Virus record (IMG/VR): IMGVR_UViG_3300030380_000295
Span: 1 to 54,166 of that record
Strand: one strand, 5' to 3'
DNA length: 54,166 nucleotides
Source of the DNA: a virus
Taxonomy: Duplodnaviria; Caudoviricetes
The translations under genes were made by a program, and so were the position numbers. Below are positions 9,279-16,706 of this stretch, piece after piece. Under the pieces are notes generated by a model. The model worked only from the letters and a program-made list of their open reading frames with translations, ran no database searches and was not told the DNA's origin. Every line of letters begins with the position of its first letter. Position 1 is the first letter of the stretch.

Positions 9279-11000
9279 TTAATATCCAAAAGTAGAATCA
9301 GAAGCTTCGAATGTACGTTGCTTTAAACGTATCATATCTGAAATAGGGTCTGACATTCTGGGTCTACTCATTATTAAATACCTTAATGCATCATAAGCGT
9401 GATCCTGTGCATGTGTATCTACATCCTCAGGATTCGTTTTAGACAAAGGTATACTTTGTAATTCTTTTACTAAGTCAGGACAAGTGTTAAATATTTGCAA
9501 GCGTGGTCTACTTTCTGGATTTGCTTGTTTTAAATATTCGTGTATTTGCACTTTACCTGCTATTCTATTTTTATCTGCCCTTCTAAGTTTATGTCCTGAT
9601 TTAATCAAGACTTCACCTATCGTAGGTCCTGTGTATCCTGTCCTAGCCCATGCTGCAGTATCTAATACTCCCGGGATTGAACGATACTCTTCTTTTTCTC
9701 TTTCGGTAATCTGTGCTCCAAGTGCTTCACCCGTAAGACCTTTTTGATAAAGTTCTCTATATATAATGAGGGTCTTATCCTGTGGGTCAACAGCAGCCCA
9801 GAGACAACAGCTTTCCGAAGCGTATCCATAGTCAATACCTTTTATTCGTTCCCAATGTAAGGGTATGTCAAAAGGTGGTATGACATGAATAGATGGATCA
9901 AACTCTACAAAAGCTGCTCCTTCATTTACTTCCCAGTTACCTTCTAATAATTGTTTTCTTTGGATTGGAGGTAGTGAAAGGAGCATGCGTTCATACTCAC
10001 CATCTTTTGCTAAGTAAGGATTATCTACTAACTTAGCCGGAATAAACTTTCTTGTTAAACCGTCAGAACCTATAAAAGATTTATTAGGTTCATCTGATTC
10101 CAAATATCTTTTCTTTACCCAGTGTGCTCCAACACCTCCCGGGTTTGCAGTACAACGTAAATAAGTTTTAATACTAGGGTCTGTTGTTCTTAAACGTGAA
10201 GCTAAATAGTTCCACCCGAACTCAGTTGGTAAATGAGTTATCTCATCAAAACCTATCCAACTGTATGCTTGACCTTGATATCTATATACGTCTGCATCTT
10301 TTTCCAAGAAACCAAATTCTATTTTAGCTCCACTTGGAAAGTTCCAAATCTTTTCTACTTCTCTAAACTTTGCACCGGGAAAAGCTTTTGGATATAATTC
10401 TCTACTCTTATCTATCAGTTCTCGTAACTCTGGCATAGACCTTCTAAGTATTAAAGCTCTATGTCCTTTTACGTGACAGTTTCTTAATGGATCAATTAAC
10501 ATGGCAAAACTTTTACCACCACCTGCAGCACCACCATAAAGTACATCCTTTTCGTCTGCTGCTAAGAAATCTGTCTGTGGTCCTTCGTTTGGCATAAAAG
10601 CAACAAACGAATTTGTTTCCTCTAGATGAGCCTGTACAGAATCTGCGAGTTGAGTAACTTCGTTTTCAGTTACTACCTTCCCCTCTTTTGATACTGTCCG
10701 TTCATCCGATGCGTTCTCAAACTTGCGGATTGTTGTTTCCTGTTGTCTGAGTGTTTGTTTTTTGGACCGTAATTTTTTTTCGAGTTTTTCAACTGTCTTC
10801 CTCTTTGAAGTTAATGATCTCTTAGCTGCCATTTTTTTCTTCTGTGCAGTAGAGTATACATATTTAGATTTAGACCCTTTAGGTCTTCCTCCCTTCTTTC
10901 GAGGTGTTCCGTCTTTCTTAAGTATAAGGTTACCTTCAGAATCTGTCAAGTATTGAGTTGAATTTATTTTTGTCTGATTCTTCTTGTCTTTGTCTGTCAT
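9279..11000 (-). CDS. terL: Terminase large subunit
   Basis: Walker A YGGAAGGGKS, Walker B WIGFDE, motif III TANPGG, nuclease GIDYG and DHAYDALRY. Confidence 0.95.
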   Translation of the reverse strand: MTDKDKKNQTKINSTQYLTDSEGNLILKKDGTPRKKGGRPKGSKSKYVYSTAQKKKMAAKRSLTSKRKTVEKLEKKLRSKKQTLRQQETTIRKFENASDERTVSKEGKVVTENEVTQLADSVQAHLEETNSFVAFMPNEGPQTDFLAADEKDVLYGGAAGGGKSFAMLIDPLRNCHVKGHRALILRRSMPELRELIDKSRELYPKAFPGAKFREVEKIWNFPSGAKIEFGFLEKDADVYRYQGQAYSWIGFDEITHLPTEFGWNYLASRLRTTDPSIKTYLRCTANPGGVGAHWVKKRYLESDEPNKSFIGSDGLTRKFIPAKLVDNPYLAKDGEYERMLLSLPPIQRKQLLEGNWEVNEGAAFVEFDPSIHVIPPFDIPLHWERIKGIDYGYASESCCLWAAVDPQDKTLIIYRELYQKGLTGEALGAQITEREKEEYRSIPGVLDTAAWARTGYTGPTIGEVLIKSGHKLRRADKNRIAGKVQIHEYLKQANPESRPRLQIFNTCPDLVKELQSIPLSKTNPEDVDTHAQDHAYDALRYLIMSRPRMSDPISDMIRLKQRTFEASDSTFGY

Positions 11001-11235
11001 ACTTCTTATCTATATGTTTTTTTAGTCCCATTCTTGAAAGTTTACGATTCGTACTGGCTTCTAGCCAATCTACTGCAACCGCTAAACTAATCTCATCGTT
11101 TCGTACCATTTGTGATACAACATTTAAAGCATGTATCTGTTCATCAATAGGTTTTAAATAACCATCTACTTCTGCATCAACTTCATAACCAAAAGGTATT
11201 GTTGATGTTTTTCTTTTTATATATCCTTCTTTCAT
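10936..11235 (-). CDS. Hypothetical DNA-binding protein
   Basis: 99 aa, TIPFGY...W.L...RKLS..GL pattern resembling the DNA-binding domain of serine recombinases; no catalytic domain. Confidence 0.55.
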   Translation of the reverse strand: MKEGYIKRKTSTIPFGYEVDAEVDGYLKPIDEQIHALNVVSQMVRNDEISLAVAVDWLEASTNRKLSRMGLKKHIDKKYDRQRQEESDKNKFNSILDRF

Positions 11236-11648
11236 CTTTGATTATGTGTTCTATGTGCTATTTTACTTTCCCAATCTTCAATAGCTTTAGCTATACTTTC
11301 TTCTGCTAATACACTACAATGTAATTTAATTGGAGGTAAGTCTAGTGCTGCTGCTATGTCTTTATCTTTTATTTGCTTTGCTTCTTCAACTGTCTTACCT
11401 TTGAGCATCTCGACAAACATAGTACTAGATGCTATTGCAGAACCACAACCATATGTTTTAAACTTAACGTCTTCTATTGTGTCTCCATCAAGTTTAAGCT
11501 GTAGTCTCATTACATCTCCACATGCAGGTGCACCAGTCATACCTGTAGCAACATTAGGGTCTGTAGGATCAAACCTACCTACTGCATGTTTCTCAGGTTC
11601 ATTGAGGACACTTTCAAATCTTTCTATTACTTGTTGTGAATAAGCCAT
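11232..11648 (-). CDS. iscU: Fe-S cluster assembly scaffold IscU (auxiliary metabolic gene)
   Basis: All three Cys ligands present (GAPACGD, KTYGCGSAIASS, KLHCS) plus the LPPIK HscA-binding motif. Confidence 0.93.
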   Translation of the reverse strand: MAYSQQVIERFESVLNEPEKHAVGRFDPTDPNVATGMTGAPACGDVMRLQLKLDGDTIEDVKFKTYGCGSAIASSTMFVEMLKGKTVEEAKQIKDKDIAAALDLPPIKLHCSVLAEESIAKAIEDWESKIAHRTHNQR

Positions 11649-11794
11649 TACTTTTTAAATATTCGATCCCAATTATCATCAAACTGTTGTTGAGATACTG
11701 AAGTCTTTCTAGGTCTAGAGCCTTTACCTACACGTCCACCATTCTTCTTATTTGTCATAAGAACTGGCTTTTCATTACTTCCTAACTGTGGCAT
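11648..11794 (-). CDS. Small hypothetical protein (48 aa)
   Basis: MPQLGSNEKP...GKGSRPR...FDDNWDRIFKK; its stop overlaps the iscU ATG. Confidence 0.65.
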   Translation of the reverse strand: MPQLGSNEKPVLMTNKKNGGRVGKGSRPRKTSVSQQQFDDNWDRIFKK

Positions 11795-11795
11795 C

Positions 11796-12083
11796 TTACC
11801 ATTTAACCTTGTCAGCCCAATACGCTGCTGACATCTTACCTTTTGCTATGTTCTTACCATGACGTGCTTTAAAAGACTTACGCTTTGCTTTCATCTTAGC
11901 AGACTCACCTGCTTTAGGCTTACCTGCAGTCTTTGCACCTTTCTGTCCAAACCTTATGGTTTTAATCTTTGAACCCTCTTTAGCCACAACTATATGTGAC
12001 TTCTTTGGATGATTCGGAGTACGTTTAGGCTTGTTGTAGCCAGAGACTCCTGCTCGTTTTAATCTACTATCTTTCTCTGCCAT
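11796..12083 (-). CDS. Lys-rich hypothetical protein
   Basis: 95 aa; GYNKPKRTPNHPKKSH...IRFGQ.G...RKSFKARH...SAAYWADKVKW, a family common in marine phages. Confidence 0.75.
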   Translation of the reverse strand: MAEKDSRLKRAGVSGYNKPKRTPNHPKKSHIVVAKEGSKIKTIRFGQKGAKTAGKPKAGESAKMKAKRKSFKARHGKNIAKGKMSAAYWADKVKW

Positions 12084-12325
12084 TATCTTTTCTTTCCTTT
12101 ATGTAGTCCATGTTTAGCATGTTGCTTACCTTTCTTTGTAGCTGCTCGTTTCTTTTTATTAGCTGCTGCTAGTTTCTTTCTTCCTGCTGCAGTTGATTTA
12201 AGTTTCTTTATTGTAGCTGCAGGTGCATAAACCTCACCAGTCTCTGAAGACTTCTTACCACTAGCAGTTCTCCACTTCTGTTTAGTCCACTTCTTTAAAG
12301 ACTTCTGAGACTTTTTAAGTGCCAT
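12083..12325 (-). CDS. Lys-rich hypothetical protein
   Basis: 80 aa; SQKSLKKWTKQKWRT.SGK.S..TGE.Y.P. Confidence 0.75.
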   Translation of the reverse strand: MALKKSQKSLKKWTKQKWRTASGKKSSETGEVYAPAATIKKLKSTAAGRKKLAAANKKKRAATKKGKQHAKHGLHKGKKR

Positions 12326-12510
12326 TACTTATAGCCTCCACCTGCTTTTTTATATTGACTTGCTAACAGTTGAGCTTTCCTAGCACTCCATTGTCCGGGT
12401 TTACCACCTTTACTTCCTGCTTTGATCTTATTAAATAGTCTTTTACGCATAGTAGGCTTAGTGTAGTTCCCTGCTTTATTTACTGTTGATTTCTTTTTCT
12501 TGGCTGCCAT
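12325..12510 (-). CDS. Lys-rich hypothetical protein
   Basis: 61 aa; NYTKPTMRKRLF..IKAGSKGGKPGQWSARKAQ.LA..YK..GGGYK. Confidence 0.75.
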   Translation of the reverse strand: MAAKKKKSTVNKAGNYTKPTMRKRLFNKIKAGSKGGKPGQWSARKAQLLASQYKKAGGGYK

Positions 12511-13007
12511 TATTCTTCCTCTTCATCATTAATTTTTCCCACATGAGGTTGTTGGAATCCAACTTCTGTTTCATCGTAGGTGTCTTCTTCTTCATAGGTT
12601 ATGTCCTCTGCTTCTGCATCTATAGGAGCTTTGTCTGGTAATATAAAGATACCACTAGATGCTTGCATATTAATATCTAACTTCTCAGACTTTGAAACTC
12701 CTACACGATCTAATAAAGATTGTGCAGCTACCAGTTTGTTACTAGCCTGAGGTATTGGTTTATCTGAATCCATAATCTCTAATAGCTTAAAAGCTGCTTT
12801 AGGGGCATTGTGAGCTAACACATCTTTAGTTAGTTCTAATACTTCGTTCTTCAAAGCTTTTAAAACTTGGTAGTGTCCACCAGAATAACCTGCTAATTCT
12901 GCTGCTACTTTAGCATTACCTTCTGTTTCTATAAGATTATCTAAGAATAACTGTTGTTTTTCTGTAAGCTGTCTAGCTTGTTGAGTTGTTGGTATAATAC
13001 TGCTCAT
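12510..13007 (-). CDS. terS: Probable terminase small subunit
   Basis: N-terminal HTH LTEKQQLFLD.L....GN...AAELAGYS and AAQSLLDRVG; first gene of the late arm. Confidence 0.7.
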   Translation of the reverse strand: MSSIIPTTQQARQLTEKQQLFLDNLIETEGNAKVAAELAGYSGGHYQVLKALKNEVLELTKDVLAHNAPKAAFKLLEIMDSDKPIPQASNKLVAAQSLLDRVGVSKSEKLDINMQASSGIFILPDKAPIDAEAEDITYEEEDTYDETEVGFQQPHVGKINDEEEE

Positions 13008-13014
13008 GTAAACT

Positions 13015-13042
13015 AGTATAGGTTCTCCTGAAAAAAAGTCAA
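13015..13042 (-). promoter_or_regulatory. Sigma70-type promoter for the late arm
   Basis: TTGACT-16 bp-TATACT on the minus strand; predicted start site falls at or next to the terS ATG (13007). Confidence 0.65.
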
Positions 13043-13049
13043 GAAGGAC

Positions 13050-13078
13050 TTGACAAAAAGCTCTCTGGACTGTAGAAT
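13050..13078 (+). promoter_or_regulatory. Sigma70-type promoter, divergent from the terS promoter
   Basis: TTGACA (13050-55)-17 bp-TAGAAT (13073-78). Confidence 0.75.
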
Positions 13079-13155
13079 GAGGCTTGTCCGGTAGGCAGGT
13101 TAGTACCTATAGGATACACCCTCTACTAATAGTCTATTAAGCCCGACCTAACTGG

Positions 13156-13186
13156 TTGACATCCTAAACCCGATAAAATGTATAAC
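13156..13186 (+). promoter_or_regulatory. Possible second promoter whose start site would coincide with the 5' edge of the giant inverted repeat
   Basis: TTGACA at 13156 and TATAAC at 13181; the 19 bp spacer is atypical. Confidence 0.35.
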
Positions 13187-13942
13187 CACACCATAGATAT
13201 ATACGGAGGGTGGTATGGTCTCCTGCGTCCCCCTCGAGAACCTGACGTATAAGTAGGTGATAAGACCTAATAGACATTCCTTAAACAAACTAGCAAGACT
13301 AAATAAACTTCAAGACTATTGAGTCCTACCTGATGTACTTCAGTAAGCATTACATAGTCTTAAAAGATCAGAAGCTTTCAAAGTTTATGTAGTCTTAGCA
13401 AGCCTCACATTGCTTATCAAGCTTGCCGGACTACTAAGTGTAGGCTTCATCTCCAAAAACTATCTAGTTTACAAAGATTATAAAGTTTGTAAGCATTAAT
13501 AATATTATGTTTAAACTAATAACTTCATAAACTTCAAAGGGTTAGATAGTTTTTGTAGTATTTCATAAACCATTCCGTATCCATATCACAAGTATCCTTA
13601 GTTCGATATAGTCTATTAGTATAAGAGCAATCTAGACATTCATTCGATTGGTCTAATCAGTTGCGTTTATCCCCCTGTCTTTTACTAGCAGAAGCTTTGA
13701 GCAGCTTGCTATCCTTGAAAGACTAATCCCATACTCCTGCCCTGAAACTGTGTGTTTCTAAGACCTTGTAACGTCATAACTATCATATATATTCTTCCTG
13801 TATATTTATTTACATTACATGAACGCTTGTACATCACAAGAGTCAAGACCCTGTAACAGCTAAAGCTTAACAGGCTCTAAACACTGCTCTTGTAATCTAA
13901 AAGCTTTTCATGTTTAATGTATTTATTTACAGGGAGAATATT

Positions 13943-14125
13943 ATGATACTAATAACCTTTCAAGATCAAGAAACTCATCAGTTTCAAAACAGTTTTATGG
14001 CAAAGTCTTTCATTGGATATCAATCCACTCAAAACATCTTTGTTGTAAAAGTCAGATGTGATAAGGCATCTGATTATACTGCAATCGAAGATTATCTTAG
14101 ATTGCTTAATACTAATATCCAATAA
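13943..14125 (+). CDS. Early hypothetical protein (right arm of the inverted repeat)
   Basis: GGGAG RBS before ATG 13943 (track start 13910); about 60 aa. Confidence 0.6.
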   Translation: MILITFQDQETHQFQNSFMAKSFIGYQSTQNIFVVKVRCDKASDYTAIEDYLRLLNTNIQ

Positions 14126-14142
14126 AACTAAGGAGTTATAAT

Positions 14143-14418
14143 ATGGATACTACATTTGATATGAAAAAAGTGAAGCCTGAAACACTTAAAGGTCAGGCAA
14201 CCTATAACCAATGTGAGGGCCTTGCTAAGAAGTTCTCATATGGTTTGAAAGGCAAAGAGTGGGGAGAATCTTACTCTAGAATTAGAGCTTGCTTACTGAA
14301 TGAAAGATCAGAAGGCACACTTTCCTTTCAAAAAGCTTCTGATCTTTATAAAAAGAAGAAGCTTCCTAAAGTATATACAGATAAAATATCTAATTATCTT
14401 GATATACATTCCGGCTAG
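14143..14418 (+). CDS. Early hypothetical protein (right arm of the inverted repeat)
   Basis: 91 aa with AAGGAG RBS; followed by a terminator. Confidence 0.75.
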   Translation: MDTTFDMKKVKPETLKGQATYNQCEGLAKKFSYGLKGKEWGESYSRIRACLLNERSEGTLSFQKASDLYKKKKLPKVYTDKISNYLDIHSG

Positions 14419-14430
14419 TTTGTAGCTCTA

Positions 14431-14466
14431 AAAGGGAGTAGGTCTTATCACCTGCTCCTTTTTTTA
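14431..14466 (+). terminator. Intrinsic terminator 1
   Basis: GGGAGTAGGT-CTTATC-ACCTGCTCCT stem plus T-run. Confidence 0.75.
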
Positions 14467-14482
14467 TTCTCGGGGACTAAGT

Positions 14483-14510
14483 AGGCTTGGCAGTAGCCAA
14501 GTCTTTTTAT
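14483..14510 (+). terminator. Intrinsic terminator 2
   Basis: AGGCTTGGC-AGTA-GCCAAGTCT followed by TTTT. Confidence 0.7.
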
Positions 14511-14573
14511 TTGCAGGAGACCATATCCATATTAAATATTTATTTTAGGTACTTCGTATATCTTAGTATTCAG

Positions 14574-14745
14574 TAGGGGCAACAGGTGGAGGGCATACTG
14601 TAGATAAACTGTATATATCCTGTATATAACATGTATATATCCTGTATATATCCTGTGGATAACTTAATATTATATTAATTAGGGGGCAAGAGGTGGAGGG
14701 AGTTTAATATATAGTTTAATTATATATTTAAAATAAATGATATAA
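14574..14745. other. Origin-like element: six DnaA-box-like 9-mers at 11-bp period, flanked by a G-rich direct repeat and AT-rich tracts
   Basis: TGTAGATAA 14599, TGTATATAT 14610, TGTATATAA 14621, TGTATATAT 14632, TGTATATAT 14643, TGTGGATAA 14654; AGGGG(G)CAA(C/G)AGGTGGAGGG at 14575-93 and 14681-700. Confidence 0.65.
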
Positions 14746-14750
14746 TAGAC

Positions 14751-14780
14751 TTGACAAGATCATGCCGGTTGGGATAAACT
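14751..14780 (+). promoter_or_regulatory. Early sigma70-type promoter
   Basis: TTGACA-18 bp-TAAACT; shares the 21-mer GATATAATAGACTTGACAAGA with the promoter at 15340. Confidence 0.7.
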
Positions 14781-14842
14781 TTAAAGCGTTCGGTGCAACC
14801 ACCGGACATTTGTTTAAATATAATAACCTGAGGAGGTTTAAC

Positions 14843-15040
14843 ATGGCAGTAGATATAAATTTACACCGAGTAACTGATGTGATTGTTCAAAAACATACTC
14901 ATGATAGAGCTGATGGAGAAAGTTGGTTTGTTACTAAAGATATAATAGTAATAGATGATAGTGGTAATGAAATTCTTAAATTAAGTTTGTTTGGTGAGAA
15001 CTTTGATCAATTAAAATTTAAAAAGCCTGAGGAGGTATAA
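14843..15040 (+). CDS. Early hypothetical protein
   Basis: GAGGAGGT RBS places the start at ATG 14843 (MAVDINLHRV), not the track start 14762, which lies inside the promoter. Confidence 0.75.
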   Translation: MAVDINLHRVTDVIVQKHTHDRADGESWFVTKDIIVIDDSGNEILKLSLFGENFDQLKFKKPEEV

Positions 15041-15135
15041 TGGAAAAGATTATTCAAGACTGGGAGCTAGTTAAACAGCTCATCAAAGATATTGAAGATA
15101 CTAGTGATGATGAACTTAACTTCGAGGAGGACTAA
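15040..15135 (+). CDS. Small acidic early peptide (31 aa)
   Basis: GAGGAGGT RBS; MEKIIQDWELVKQLIKDIEDTSDDELNFEED; TAATG coupling on both sides. Confidence 0.65.
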   Translation: MEKIIQDWELVKQLIKDIEDTSDDELNFEED

Positions 15136-15320
15136 TGACATTTAGAACTCAAGATTTAGCTTTCGATCACTATCGTAATAAAGGTTTTAGATATGATAAC
15201 TCCATGAGTATCCGAGAGGATAAATGGTACATGTTTAGAAAAGGCAACCGCTATATAGTTATAACTCCCAAGTATGATAATATACTGGGAACTAGTTGGA
15301 TAGCGAGAAGCTTTTATTAG
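15135..15320 (+). CDS. Early hypothetical protein
   Basis: 61 aa with GAGGAGG RBS. Confidence 0.7.
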   Translation: MTFRTQDLAFDHYRNKGFRYDNSMSIREDKWYMFRKGNRYIVITPKYDNILGTSWIARSFY

Positions 15321-15339
15321 TATAATAGATATAATAGAC

Positions 15340-15369
15340 TTGACAAGAATGGGCGAGTCGGGTTATACT
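15340..15369 (+). promoter_or_regulatory. Early sigma70-type promoter
   Basis: TTGACA-18 bp-TATACT. Confidence 0.75.
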
Positions 15370-15443
15370 TTTAGGGCTTCGGCAATGGAGGTATCTCTTA
15401 GATACTTTTTTAATAATAATAATACCTGAGGAGGTAACAAGAT

Positions 15444-15845
15444 ATGAGTAAAACTACTTATACTGTAAAAGGGAGTGCGACTTCCACATCAATCGCAAAT
15501 GCACCATTATCAATCCAAAAGATTTGGAATAGAGGAACTGAGTTAGGAGTAAATATCCTAAGAGTCAGAGCTGTTCAAGATCGTAATGAGATATCTACTG
15601 GTGCTACATTCGATGGCTATCACAAAGATAAAGTTTCTATTTATAGTCAGAAAGACAATCCTGCTAGAGAGCTTTGGTTCAGAAGGTTTGTTAAGTTGAA
15701 TGAAGCTAATAAGAGTATGCAAGTTCTTGAAGTTGCAGATAACTTAGATGTTCAAGATACATTTGAAGTTATGGACTCTTACAATACATTTGCGAATGGT
15801 AATGTATTTACTAGGTTCTTCAGAAAAGCCTTTAGCTTAGTCTAA
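15444..15845 (+). CDS. Early hypothetical protein
   Basis: 133 aa with GAGGAGGT RBS. Confidence 0.75.
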   Translation: MSKTTYTVKGSATSTSIANAPLSIQKIWNRGTELGVNILRVRAVQDRNEISTGATFDGYHKDKVSIYSQKDNPARELWFRRFVKLNEANKSMQVLEVADNLDVQDTFEVMDSYNTFANGNVFTRFFRKAFSLV

Positions 15846-15852
15846 AGCAATC

Positions 15853-15966
15853 GTGTAGCTAAGTGGGAGTGAGCCTTTTAAAATCCAGTACCATTAGAGT
15901 ATAGGTTAGGCTGAAAGTAAATAAGAACTAAACCACCATGCACTACTTAGCTACACACTTTTTTAT
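15853..15966 (+). ncRNA. Candidate structured intergenic RNA or processing site
   Basis: GTGTAGCTAAGT (15853-64) is perfectly complementary to ACTTAGCTACAC (15945-56), enclosing 80 nt; a T-run follows. Confidence 0.45.
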
Positions 15967-15980
15967 TTAAGGAGATAGAT

Positions 15981-16706
15981 ATGCCAAGTTACAAATTACT
16001 ATCACAGGGTAGTATGAAGATTGACAAGAGCAACAAGATACAAGATAAATACTTCAGTAGAATATTATATCTTGCACCACACAACTTAGCTGATGGCAAG
16101 CGTACTGTATGTCCATATGCTACAGTTGCTAAATGCCATGAACCATGTTTAAATACAGCAGGTATGGGTAAGTTTTCCAATGTACAACAATCTAGAATAC
16201 GTAAGACTTTGCTGTTCTTGGATGAGTATGATACCTTTATGGAGTATCTTATACAGGACATCAACAAGTTTATTGGAGAGTGTTACAAGCTTAACAAGAT
16301 ACCATGTGTCAGGCTAAATGGTACTTCGGATATACAATGGGAACATCAGTTGGTTGATGGTAGGAATGTGTTTGAGATATTCCCTGATGTATTGTTTTAT
16401 GATTACACCAAGATACCTACACGAAAAGTTTCACATATCAAAAACTATCATCTGACTTGGAGTTATTCAGAAGCTAACGACAAGTATGCTAAGTTATTTG
16501 ATGATGTACAATGCAACAAAGCTGTTGTATTTAGAAAAGAATTACCTGAGACTTTCAGAGGTCTCAAAGTAATAGATGGTGACAAACACGATATGAGATT
16601 CCTTGACGAGTCTAATGTAGTAGTCGGACTGACTGCTAAAGGACCTGCTAAGAAAGATTATTCAGGGTTTGTTGTTGATAATTTAATAGAAGCGAGGGCA
16701 ATATAG
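15981..16706 (+). CDS. GP88-family protein (Cys-rich, radical-SAM-like phage protein)
   Basis: CPYATVAKCHEPCL, VRLNGTSDI.W, FYDYTK, NYHLTWS and DGDKHDMRFLD motifs. Confidence 0.7.
   Translation: MPSYKLLSQGSMKIDKSNKIQDKYFSRILYLAPHNLADGKRTVCPYATVAKCHEPCLNTAGMGKFSNVQQSRIRKTLLFLDEYDTFMEYLIQDINKFIGECYKLNKIPCVRLNGTSDIQWEHQLVDGRNVFEIFPDVLFYDYTKIPTRKVSHIKNYHLTWSYSEANDKYAKLFDDVQCNKAVVFRKELPETFRGLKVIDGDKHDMRFLDESNVVVGLTAKGPAKKDYSGFVVDNLIEARAI

Larger units (their letters stand above)
13195..14563. repeat. Giant imperfect inverted repeat (arms about 650-700 bp, apex near 13862)
   Basis: Collinear complementary blocks: 13214-26/14513-25, 13252-69/14439-56, 13285-94/14414-23, 13393-402/14221-30, 13403-12/14209-18, 13577-86/14141-50, 13595-603/14126-34, 13789-802/13928-41. 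Confidence 0.9.

Noticed and set aside
10936-11235. Integrase or serine recombinase
   Set aside because: Only 99 aa and no catalytic domain; nothing else suggests lysogeny.
13195-14563. Integrated viroid-like or Obelisk-like element, or an IS with terminal inverted repeats
   Set aside because: No ribozyme core, transposase or target-site duplication seen; the ORFs have ordinary phage RBSs. The rod-like geometry is reported as a finding instead.
14599-14662. Possible mini-CRISPR or simple microsatellite
   Set aside because: An 11-bp period with no spacers; it fits phased DnaA-type boxes better.
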